Below, piece by piece: positions 1 to 11,350 of a DNA stretch of 64,000 bases. Within the stretch, counting starts at the first letter, position 1; each line of letters starts with the position of its first letter. The DNA comes from Eledone cirrhosa (Eukaryota). Both the position numbers and the translations under genes were made by a program. The stretch is from positions 27,156,001 to 27,220,000 of the forward strand of contig OZ024743.1 in assembly GCA_964016885.1 (NCBI GenBank), given 5' to 3'. The notes below the pieces were generated by a model that searched no databases, had not been told where the DNA came from, and saw only the letters and a list, made by a program, of their open reading frames with translations.

Positions 1-330
1 AGAAGGATAAGAATGGAGAGAGAGGTGCTTGGCCACAGGCAGTTTTATGAAAGGTGGGTGATAGTGGCGAGAATGGCTCGTGTAAATGGGCCTTCTCTGT
101 ATACCATCCTGTAGGTAAAGAAGTGAAGGAGAGGGGAGCACCTTCCCCATGTGCTCCCCGGGCAAAGGATTGCACACTTTTTCGGGGGTGTGTGCAACCC
201 CCATCACGTCCCCCCCCTTTTGAGGTTGTTTTTGATTATTTTCATTTTATACCCTTTTTACTCGGTTGTATGTAAACTCCCTCTTTGTTTTGTCCCTTCT
301 TTTTCTACCTTTATGGTAAATAAAGAAATA
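1..330 (+). mobile_element. 3' end of L1/Tx1-clade LINE (ORF2 C-terminus plus 3' UTR)
   Basis: Frame 1 reads RRIRMEREVLGHRQFYERWVIVARMARV, matching KRKIRVKWEVLSSHHFVERWVREARMARM of the LINE at 23.7-27.2 kb. It ends in an AATAAAGAAA tail like that element. Confidence 0.8.
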
Positions 331-431
331 TATCTATAAATGCAACATACATACCTATATGATGATGGCACCCACCTCGTTATCGAGTATGGCCATTGCA
401 CGATATACCATTATTAATAATTATTTATTAA

Positions 432-620
432 TGGATTGGCAGTATTGGTCGAGGGTCTGACGCAATGCTTTGCAGCAAAGAGTTACAGCCCTTTATGGCC
501 TGAGTTCAAATCCCGCCGCGGTTAACTTTGCCTTTCATCCTTATGTGGTCGATAAAATAAAGTACCAGTAATACACTGGGATAATTGCTGGCCTTGTACC
601 AAAAGTAGAAACAATTAATT
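432..620 (+). mobile_element. tRNA-derived SINE family A (Meta/MESC-like core)
   Basis: A box TGGCAGTATTGG, B box GAGTTCAAATCCC, core CTTTGCCTTTCATCC...GTCGATAAAATAAAGTACCAG and tail GTAGAAACAATT. About 30 copies in the window. Confidence 0.9.
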
Positions 621-689
621 AATTCTATCGTGCAATGCCTGTGCGTGAAGATATTTTTTTAAAGTAAGGAAAGACTGTGCACTGAGCCA

Positions 690-1180
690 ATCCCACTCTC
701 TGAGCGACAGTAGCTATAACCCTAAAAGAAGAAAAGATCAACATCATCGGTAACTACTGAGCCGCAGGTTTTATATCGGAGTTATCCCAGTTTCCTGAGT
801 TGCCTTCTCCTAGAAGAATGCCCTGACAAAGGCTAGGGGTCCTTCATTCCCAATGGTTTAACCGCGCGATCGGGTGTCCAGCCCGACTATTTCTATGTCC
901 CCGCGCATATACTTACACATGCACCCATGTATATACACATATACATATATATACATATGTACATGTGTATATACATATTTACACACTTTTGGATGGCCGT
1001 TGACTCTTATGAGTTCTTCAGCCCTTTGTCAGATTTTGTTTTTTGTCCTGCAGGGTGTCCAAAATCACTCTCCTCACCAAGTAAACTTGGTGGGGTTGCC
1101 GGTTTAGTCGCTGACGACCCGACCATGCGACAGTTTGTACTGGGTTACATGTTACCAATAGCACTCAAGAGTGACCCGAC
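690..1180 (-). mobile_element. Probable RTE-type 5' UTR fragments
   Basis: Minus strand CTAGCCTTTGTCAGGGCATTCTTCTAGGAGAAGGCAACTC resembles RTE 5' UTR motifs as I recall them. Two GC-richer blocks lie between TACA repeats and there is no ORF. Confidence 0.35.
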
Positions 1181-1220
1181 ATACATACATACATACATAC
1201 ATACATACATACATACATAC

Positions 1221-1570
1221 AAATCTTGAGAAGTTAGGCTTCACAGAAACAGAAAGAACATGACTATTTAGGAAATTACAAGTACAATCCATTAATGGAA
1301 CAGTAAACATGTAAAACATTCCAAAATTTCTGCATCTGATAACTGCATATACACATGTACAGATACAAAGCATATGCATACATATAACTCAAACACACAC
1401 AGCCACACATACATTAACATCCATACATTCACATGCATGCATGCAGACCTGCATGCATATCTACCTAGTTGATGTTGGATAAATAACAACGCGAGAGTCT
1501 TATATCTATGTTAGAAACCGGCTCTCGCCCTATTGGCAAACATTTGTGAAATTATAAAACCAGAAGAACA
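1221..1570 (+). mobile_element. 5'-truncated R4/Dong-like LINE 3' end inside (CATA)n
   Basis: Reads NLEKLGF..LFRKLQVQSINGTV, then a 3' UTR homologous to the reverse complement of 6222-6460. CATA repeats flank both sides. Confidence 0.75.
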
Positions 1571-1596
1571 TACATACACATATATATATATATATA

Positions 1597-1890
1597 ATGA
1601 TGATTATGATGGCTGAAAACTTGTGTTCGAGCATTGCCATCACCCGATAAAATGCTCAAAAATGTGAGGCACGAATGTGGCTCTTTAAACCAACCAAAGA
1701 CTTGCATCCTCTGACACATACATGGCAGCTGTAGGCTCTTCTGGGACTTTCCATTGCTTTGTTCTGGCTGTGTGTTCTCATGTGTCTTTTAAGACCTCCC
1801 ATGCTAGCACATCCCTTGCTACATTCCTTACACCTTTTCTCATCATAATCTACATAAGGTCTGCTGATATGACTTTGTTCGTATCTAATC
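1597..1890 (-). mobile_element. RTE-clade LINE 3' end (two C2H2-like fingers, 3' UTR, ATC tail)
   Basis: CKECSKGCASMGGLKRHMRTH and CHVCVRGCKSLVGLKSHIRASH are typical RTE ORF C-terminal fingers. A short UTR with a GATGGC...GCCATC stem ends in ATC repeats. Confidence 0.7.
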
Positions 1891-2159
1891 AAACACGTAT
1901 ACATACATAGACACATACATACATGTTTACAAGGATGTGCCTTTGTTCATATTGAGCCCAATACACTGGCGACACGATAAACAGATATTGGTAAATACGT
2001 TCCCATGTCGATGGTGGTTCTTAGCACGACCGAAGTCTCATTTATTTTATATTGCTCTGCCTGAACAATAACGTTGTTTTTTTTATAGGTTTTCAATTAA
2101 CCAAACATTACAGTAGTATTGTATACTATTTTGTCTTTGTCTTTTATTTTTGAAACTCG

Positions 2160-2198
<39 letters not shown>

Positions 2199-2336
2199 AC
2201 AAACTCACTCACTCGCTCACACAGACTCCCTCGTTGACTAATATATATTCTTACATCAAATATACAACATCCAGTAATAGTGTATTTAATTAACGATCAT
2301 GAAATCCGATTTTATCTATCAGCTAAATATGTTTTG

Positions 2337-2526
2337 GTGGATTGGCAGTATCGGTAGAGGGTCGGACGCCATGATTTTCAGCATAGAGTTACGGCCCTTT
2401 ACGATCTGAGTTCAAATGCCGCCGAGGTTAACTTTGCCTTTCATCCTTACGGGGTCGATAAAATAAAGTACCAGTAATATACTGGCATAATTGCTGGCCT
2501 TTTGCCACAAGTAAAAACAATTATTA
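2337..2526 (+). mobile_element. SINE family A, full length
   Basis: Same A/B boxes, core and tail as 432-620. Confidence 0.9.
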
Positions 2527-2699
2527 AAACTAAATAAAAAATAACGACACTACAGATATTTCATAACCAAAAAGGAAGGGAAAGGCAAGGGCTCTAGGAT
2601 CACAGAAGAATGGGAGGAGGAGAGGGAGGGTGATAGTCTCTAGACCTGCACCCCGCGGACAAGACTGCAAATGCATTTCCGCGGACAATGACCAGCGAC

Positions 2700-3065
2700 A
2701 CCCTCTACAACAGCTACCCCACCTCGCGGGGCTCCTTCCTCAGAGGGGGGGGGGGGTGCTGACGTTCCGATCTTGCGGAGTCCAAGTACGCCTGACGTCT
2801 CGACGGCGACCGGTGCGAAGAAGAAGCGGCCGGATAATACCCGGTATTTGTCTTCCTCTCCTCTGCATTGCGGGCCGCAGTACCGAGGTTTGTAGCCAAA
2901 GCGACTAAATTGAAGGCGGAGAACGTGTCACAAGATGTGGCGTCCCAGATGAAGGTTCTACCTTCTTTGAATGGGAAGAGGGTGATACCATCGGGGCGCT
3001 TGTCATCTCTGCAGTCGAGGCCTGCTGGCTCCAGTTGTGATGGGAAGCCAGCTGCGTCCAGGCTC
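2700..3065 (-). mobile_element. CRE-clade LINE fragment (RLE nuclease region)
   Basis: Minus strand LDAAGFPSQLEPAGLDCRDDKRPDGITLFPFKEGRTFIWDATSCDTF...GTAARNAEERK, homologous to 40642-41268. Confidence 0.85.
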
Positions 3066-3399
3066 CTTCTAAATTAGTTAAGAAATCCGTCTTAGGATCA
3101 TGAGGTCCTGGTTTTGATTATATTGTGGGTCATCTTGGATATGTAGGCGGCGAATTGGAGGAGCTGTTATATAGGAGTCGTTAGAACGTTTTATGGTATT
3201 CCTTTCGGCCCTCTGCTCTCGGAGTTCAAAAGTACCAGTCTAGTACAGGAGCCGATTCTTCGTCTCTCTGAAAGAAATCTGCTGTAGTCAGGCCTGGAGA
3301 AGGATGGGCTTCGCTAGGCTTAAAATGCCTAAGAAACGCTGTATGTCAATACGGCGGCCCTACTACTGTATCATGAGTTATGGGACCAAACATACATAC

Positions 3400-3675
3400 A
3401 TCTTGTATAAGTGACCTTATCATAGCCTCGGGTTAATCTTAGCTTTGTGAGTAAAATTACGGAGATGGAAATTGCGTGGAAGCCAATCGGATGGATTGTA
3501 ACTGCAAATTCCAGATAACATCCTTCTCACATATTATGTCACGCTGATTTGGTTTAGGTTTACGTTAAAAGTACAAATCTGTAGAAAACTCTACTACTTA
3601 CACGTTAATTCACGAGACGGGCGTTCAGTTGATCGAACAACTGGAACACTCGTCGTGGAAACCGACGGAGATCCA
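3400..3675 (+). mobile_element. SINE family B (decayed)
   Basis: Shares GTCACGCTGA..., GTTAATTCACGAG... and CAACTGGAACACTCGTCGT.GAAACCGACGGAG with 11020-11350 and 32731-33056. Confidence 0.6.
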
Positions 3676-4264
3676 ATTCTATTCCATATTGTGTGGGGCT
3701 GCATTGCTTGCAAAGTTCGCAACTGTTAATTGAATCTTTCTCTGCTTATAGCTAGAATTGTTGTTGTCGTTGTTTTGTTGTTGCTGCTGCTGTTGTTGTA
3801 GCTTGTGGTGGTGGTGGTGGTGCTGTTGTGTTTAGATATTAATCAAGATAACGTCACTATATTTTAAATAAGAATGATATGCAAGTTTTTTTTAGGAATG
3901 GAACAAACTCGGTGTAGATAAGACATCTTGCGTTTAAAAGAGGTTTCAACATGAATGAGATAAACGAATGCATGATATATTTTGTCTTATATAAAGCATA
4001 TGTATTATGTGTACTACACTGTATTTGAGCACATATATAAGCCAATATATGTGTGTGTCTGAGAGATACTTATAGATATTTCCAGTTATGAGATACTATC
4101 TCACAATACATTTTCAGCGTATGCACACTGATACAAGCATTTGCAATGTTTTGCAGGTCATGCCATCATATATTAATTACTTACAATATATGAAACTATT
4201 GCTAAACCTTACACAATGCCATCCATAGAAATTTACATAACAGTGAGTTGGAGAGACGAGGTGA

Positions 4265-4313
<49 letters not shown>

Positions 4314-5189
4314 CAGATAGATAGATAGATATTATATGTATTGTTATGGATTAAACGCATTTGAAAGAACACTGTGTGTAGATCAAGTAATATGTCTGTG
4401 TGTGTTTGTGAAGAGGAGATTATCAAAACGAGTACAATGTTTTCAATATTATTTCACATAAAGTTTGATATTCACCTGCGAACCTATGTATTTCAGATGT
4501 TTAGAAGGTTAACCTTAGAAGACACGACCCTAAATGTGATTAATTATGTGGTGAATTTGAATGAAGGAAACCTTCCTCTATACATCTTCATTTCGATTTA
4601 AACCAGTTCTAAAAACACGAAGCTTAAAAACTACATTACACGAATCTCCTAATATTGTTACTTAAACATTGTTACTTAAACAACTAAAACTCACATATTC
4701 CATAATCTCTCAAGAAACATAATCCAATTGTAATGTAAATTTGTCTCTGTGTCTAACGTGATTTAAATCGATTAGTTTAACCAGTTTTATTCACGGGAAA
4801 TTCGAAACAAATTTAACTCAATTTTTGAACGATGAATTTAATACACCGAAATAGAAAAATAGAATGGCAAGTCTATTTTTTAGCATCTAACAAAAAGGAA
4901 GGAAATCTACCTGTTTACTGTTACAATTCAATTCGATTATTGTAATTTATTTAATTTAAAGTGTACTGTATCTCGGAATTATTCCGTGTATTAAGAAGGT
5001 TTCCATCCTGGATTAAATTCACCCCGATAACACACTCCCTCTAATTTTCAATGGCACCCTCGAATTTAGAAAATAAAGTTTATTTAAGAACGTCTTAAAT
5101 ACGTTCCTTGTGAAAGTGTGGCCAAACAGAATTTTTTTAAAACCCTTACTTCTCCCATTTCTGAAGGAGAAAGTCGATTAGAGCGACTC

Positions 5190-5303
5190 CAGTGCGTTAC
5201 TAGTACTTTATTTTATCGACCTCGTGAGGATGAAAGGCAAAGTTTACCTCGGCGGGATTTGAACTCAGAACGTAAAGGGCCACAACTTTATGCAGCAAGC
5301 ATG
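5190..5303 (-). mobile_element. SINE family A, partial
   Basis: Reverse complement of the core and B box. Confidence 0.85.
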
Positions 5304-5855
5304 TTACTTTTAAGAAATAAAGGTCAAAGTAGAAACAAAAAACCAGCAGAGCTGAATACTTTTTAGTCTCTCTACTTTTATTCATTTAAAATGTTCTCCT
5401 TCGTTAGATGCTGTATTACGTTAAAGATTGAAATTCAAGTTACTGAAAAAAACAAGGTGAGGGTAAATTTACTTTTGAAAAAATTCCACTTGGTAATTCC
5501 TGTTGTACTGGATTAACCTTAAACACCCAATCATTTATAAAGGTTAAAAGTAGCATAGTTTTAAACACTTAACGTAAGGTCCCTGAAAATGAGGGGCCGG
5601 TAGCATATTCTACTATTCCTACTAGGTTAATCCGACATTGAACATTATCTTCAGCATTCGGTATAACAACAACGTGACACATATTTAAATTCGATCTTAT
5701 CAATTAATATATTTTGTCATTTGCAACAACTAAAATATCAAGAGCGGATTACAGTTAAAAGATTACAATAACAAAACAAACAAAACTAACACGAAATAAT
5801 CTATAATTCAGAAACACTTAAAGTGATTTCATTATATATTATGACGTGTCACAGA

Positions 5856-5856
<1 letters not shown>

Positions 5857-5886
<30 letters not shown>

Positions 5887-6221
5887 TGTATGTATGTATG
5901 TATGTATGTATGTATGTATGTATGTATGTATGTATGTATGTATGTATGTATGTATGTATGTATGTATGTATAAATGTATGTATGTATCTACGTATGAATG
6001 TATGTATGTATATATGTATGCATCTATGTATGTGTGTATGAATGTATGTATATGTGTATGTATGTATATGTGTATGTATGTATGTGTGCATGTATGTATG
6101 TATGTGTGCATGTCTGTCAGTCTGTCTGCCTGTAGGTATGTGGGTGTATGTATGTATCTCTGTATGTATAAATGTGTGCATGTCTGTCAGTCTATCTGCC
6201 TGCATGCATATATGTATGTAT
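5857..6221. repeat. (TATG)n microsatellite with degenerate extension
   Basis: Seen directly. It produces the MYVC/HTYI pseudo-ORFs. Confidence 0.95.
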
Positions 6222-8841
6222 GTCCTTCTGGTTTTATAATTTCACAAAGTTTTACCAATAGAGAGAGAGTCGGTTTCTAACATAGACACAAGACTCTCAT
6301 TGGAATTTACACAACATCAACTAGGTAGATATGTATGTATGTATGCATGTGTAGATATGGATGTTATTTTTGTATGTGTGGATGTGTAGGTTTTGAGTTG
6401 TATGTATGCATGTGTATATGTTTTGTATCTATACATGTGTATATGCAGTTATTAGATGCACAATCTCCCTGTCCCATATCATAATATCTGATCTGTTATG
6501 CCTGCATTTTATTGGGGTTTTACTGGAACATTCCACCAGTACTCTTTCATATTATGTACATGGATGTCTTCCACATTGTTGTAGCTTTTAATGTGTTTAT
6601 TATCGGGCCTATCTTTTTTACGAACTGCATTGTACAGTGTTTTGGCCATTACATCATGCCTCATAGGTAGATAGTATCGTGATGACATCTTTGGACAGCT
6701 GCTGATGACATGGGTGATATCCTCGATGTTAGTTCTGCAGAGTCTGCACTTATTATCACATCTAGGTGTTTTGCCTGCATCTCTATCTCTTTTGTGAATC
6801 AGATATTTCGTGTTAATCTCCTGTTCCTGGATTGCAAAAGCGTATCTTTCAAAGTGGGAGCCAATATAGCGGTTGTTGGTCCAAGATAGACTACTTTCCT
6901 TATCTATATTACTCTCACTCTAGAGCTTCCTGGCAACATATCCATGCATGATTTTTTGCTGATAAGCATGCAGTTTTTCATCCATGGATTCACTGCGATA
7001 CTGCTGAGCGACATCCCTGGGTGTGAGTTTTTGATTATCACACAGGGAATATTTCTCGAGGAGTTCCTTCCCAACTCTCATGATCTTATCTGATAGACTT
7101 GCTCGAGAAACGCTTCGAGGTTCGTAGATGTTGTCGGAGAGATATGATGCAACGTTCAAATGTTGTCTGGACTGTTGTTAGGCCTCTGCCTCCCTCCTTA
7201 CGTTTCAAGTAAAGGCAGTCTATGTCACTGTTCATGTGGAAGTTTCCGGTGTTGTTCAGTATTTTTCGAGTTCCAACATCAACTGCTCGGATTTCGTCTA
7301 TCGTCCAATTGAGTATTCCAAACGTTTAATGACAAGATGAATAATATCACAGAGAGACTGTCCCCCTGAAATATACCCTGCAATATTTTATTTTATCAGT
7401 GAAAATAGAGTCCCCCCTCTCTGTCTTTAACCGTAGGATAGTAGCCCAAGAAGAAGACAGACTCTCTATGGCTCTGACAATAATGTCTGGGACTTTAGCA
7501 AGTTGGAGGGCCTCTATCATCCAAGAGTGGGAAACAGAATCGAAAACTTTCCTGTAGTCCAGCCAGACTGTAGTCATATTCCTCCATCGCAGTTTTGTTG
7601 ATTAGGAGTTGTTCAGCACATCCCCAAAGCCCTTTCTTTCCAGCTGCTTGTTCATCTGTGATGATGTTATTATTTTCACAGTGATCTTGGAGGAATAGGT
7701 TCAGGCAGGCTGTATACATCTTATACATCAGGTTCTGGCATGCAATGGATCGGTATTTTTTTGTCAAGTGGGTGTCTTTGTTCTTGGGGACCAGTAATGT
7801 TTGTGCTAATGTCAACCATTCTGGTATAAGTGTATCTCCCTTAAGAACTTGTTGGTAGAGGTTTATCCGCCGTAAATATTCACCCCTATTTCGTCAATAA
7901 CACGTAATATTTCATTATTTGTTTTTTTTATTAAACATTGTCGTTTTAATACGTTCAGCAAGAGAGATATTTATACATGACTTAATTTCTCTCTGGAAGA
8001 TTTCGTTGAGGGAAATTTTCAATTGTTTATACTTTTGATTATCATTATCGATAGTATTTTCCACAACAGTCGAGGTGACTCGGATGGTACACGTGGTGTC
8101 AAATTTCTTCGATTATTATTATTATTTTTTCGATTATTATTATTATCGATAGTGTTTTTCCCAGCATTCGAGGTAGACTTAGATGGTACAGGTGGTGTCA
8201 AGTTTCTTACAGGCATAGTTGTTTCAAGACGCTGCTCAACTTGGCTGCTAGGAAGTCTAGTAGCATGGCGACCTGTAGCACGTGTTGTTGATAACATGTT
8301 TGTTGTGGGAGACTTACAATTAATAATATTTATCTTATTTTTACGTTCAACAAACGTCGTTTGTTGGCGTAATTGTGTCGCTGTGAAATAATTCAGCTCT
8401 GAGTGCATTTCGTCCCAGTATAGCTTCATTCTGTTCATATAGCCAATGCATGGATTGTTTTTTGCCATTTTATAACAATTAAATAAATCATTATTAAGTT
8501 CGCAACTCCAAGAGAAATGCGATTTATAATTTCGCTTTCTTCTGTAGCTACAACTGAATAAAGTTTGATTACCTTCCTTGTTATTTGTCTTCGGTACTTC
8601 CTTACTTTTTTTGTTGATGTTGTGTTCAGCCATGCTGTTTGTAGCAAATCCTTGTAAAATGAATTATGTATTTAGTCGGATATCTCTACGAATAAAAGGT
8701 GTCTTCAGAAGGGATAGTTAGAAGAATAACCTGTTATTCAACCTGACAGTAGTTGTGGCATTACTGTCGGAGATAGTATTCATCTTAAATTTAATAAATA
8801 GTCTCCCACGCCAAAATATGAGACTGATCGCGTTGACTGTC
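6222..8841 (-). mobile_element. R4/Dong-clade LINE with both ends, internal deletions and frameshifts
   Basis: N-terminal W..ELNNDL..CY..A....GYMNRMK.YW domain (8019-8633). RT motifs LLVPK..KYRSIACQNLMYK, EQAAGKKG..GCAEQLLINK, WLDYRKVFDSVSHSW and GIFQGDSL. CCHC CRLC...HVISSC...RHD. Partial RLE EYWWN...HNRSDIMIWD. The 3' UTR ends at 6222. Confidence 0.9.
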
Positions 8842-9220
8842 TATGTATGTATGTATGAATGTATGTATGTATGAATGGTGGTATGCATGTATTAACGTAT
8901 ATATGTGTGTGTATAAGTATGAACGTATGTATGTGTGCATGTATGTATGAATGTATGCATGTCTGTAAGTCTGTCTGTCTGTATGTTATGTATGTGTGTG
9001 TGTGTCTGTATGTATATGTTTGAATGTATGTATGAATGTCGCTATTATGTATTAACGTATATATGTATGTATATATGTATGAATGTATGCATGTGTGTAT
9101 GTGTTTATGTATGTGTATGTATGTGTGTATGTATGTATACATCAATGTATTTATGTAAGTATGTATGTATACAAGTGTGCATGTATATATGTATGAGTGT
9201 GTATGTAAGTGTGTATATAC
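8842..9220. repeat. Degenerate (TATG)n tract
   Basis: Seen directly. It abuts the 5' end of the R4/Dong element. Confidence 0.9.
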
Positions 9221-9329
9221 AATGTTATTAACATTCTATAATGACGAAATAAAACATATATAATCAGAATGCTACGCTCTAGTGATCATCATCATCATAA
9301 TAATCGTCCTCGTCATCGTCAGCACTAGC

Positions 9330-10961
9330 ACGACGACGGCGACGACGATGACGATCACTACCTACGCCGCTGTCGCCATCACCACCACCACCACCACCAC
9401 CACCACCACCATCACCACCACCACCACCACCACCATCACCACCGTCACCACCACCACCACCACCACCACCGCCACCACCACCACAACCATCACAACCACC
9501 ACCACCATCACCATCACCACCACCACCACCACCACCACCACCACCACCACCATCACCATCACCACCACCACCGTCACCACCACCACGACCGTCACCACCA
9601 CCACCATCACCGGCACCGGCACCACCACCACCACCGTCACCACCACGACCACCACCACCACCACCGTCACCACCACCACCACCATCACCGTCACCACCTC
9701 CACCACCGTCACCACCACCACCACCACCGTCACCACCACCGCCATCTCCACCACCACCGTCACCACCACCACCACCACGACCACGACCACGACCACCACG
9801 ACCACCACCATCACCATCACCACCACCACCACCGTCACCGTCACCACCTCCACCGTCACCACCACCACCACCACCACCACCATCACCGGCACCACCACCA
9901 CCTCCACCGTCACCACCACCACCACCACCACCACCACCACCACAACCATCACCACCACTACCACCACCACCACGACCACGACCACCACCCTCACCGTCAC
10001 CACCTCCACGAAACCATCACCACCACCACCGCCGCCACCACCACCACCACCACCACCACCACCACCACCACCACCACCACCACCACCACTACCATCACCA
10101 CCAACGACCACCACTACCACCACCACCACGACCACGACCACCACCATCACCGTCACCACCTCCACGAAACCATCACCACCACCACCGCCGCCACCACCAC
10201 CACCACCACCACCATCACCACCACCACTACCATCACCACCAACGACCACCACCACCACCATCACCGTCACCACCTCCACGAAACCATCACCACCACCACC
10301 GCCGCCACCACCACCACCACCACCACCATCACCACCACCACTACCACCACCACCACGACCACGACCACCACCATCACCGTCACCACCTCCACGAAACCAT
10401 CACCACCACCACCGCCGCCACCACCACCACCACCACCACCACCACCATCACCACCACCACTACCATCACCACCAACGACCACCACCACCACCATCACCGT
10501 CACCACCTCCACGAAACCATCACCACCACCACCGCCGCCACCACCACCGCCACCACCACCATCACCACCACCACTACCACCACCACCACGACCACGACCA
10601 CCACCATCACCGTCACCACCTCCACGAAACCATCACCACCACCACCGCCGCCACCACCACCACCACCACCACCACCATCACCACCACCACTACCATCACC
10701 ACCAACGACCACCACCACCACCATCACCGTCACCACCTTCACGAAACCACCACCACCACCACCACCACTACCATCACCGTCACCACCTCCAGGACCACCA
10801 CCAGCACCATCACCGTCACCACCTCCACCACCACCATCACCACCACCACCAACACCACCACCACCACCACCACCACCACGACCACCACCACCGCCGCCGC
10901 CGCCGCCACCACCACCACCACCACCACCACCACCACCACCACTACCACCACCACCACCACT
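9330..10961. repeat. 1.6-kb (ACC)n triplet array with higher-order variant blocks
   Basis: ACC with ATC/GTC/ACG/GCC variants. The motif ACGAAACC recurs at 10008, 10164, 10278, 10391, 10511, 10624 and 10741. Confidence 0.95.
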
Positions 10962-11019
10962 AACACAGTCTCTGTTTCCTACACACCACATGTGTGTAAG
11001 TGACGGGTAGTCACTATTG

Positions 11020-11350
11020 CTTGCAATATAGTCGAATGGTTAAGATGTTCGTCTCGCAATCATTAGTTGCCGGCTTCGATCTCATTGCGTGGTATACTAG
11101 GCAAGTATCATATACCAAGGTTGACCCTTGTCTTGTGACTGAAATTGGGCAGACGAAAACTGATTGGAAGTCCATCGGATGGAGTCTACCTGTAATTCAA
11201 AGGGGCAGTTTTGTCACGTATTGTATCATACTGAATCTTCCTGAGAGCTACGATTAGGATACACGTGTCTGTGGAATTCCTAGTTACTTACACGTTAATT
11301 TCATTAGGAGACTGGAACACTCATCATTGAAACCAACGGAGGTCCATCCA
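11020..11350 (+). mobile_element. SINE family B (decayed)
   Basis: tRNA-like head, CORE-like GGCAAGTATC segment, and a 3' part shared with 32731-33056. Confidence 0.65.

Noticed and set aside
432-520. tRNA genes
   Set aside because: The A/B boxes belong to SINE heads. There is no complete cloverleaf and each continues into the SINE core.
1656-1916. Host C2H2 zinc-finger gene
   Set aside because: The ORF starts in a microsatellite, lacks TGEKP linkers and is followed by an RTE-type UTR and tail.
9282-11003. Secreted mucin/extensin gene
   Set aside because: It has a GTG start, almost only ACC-phase codons, phase shifts through Thr, Pro and His, and ORFs on both strands. This is simple-repeat behaviour.
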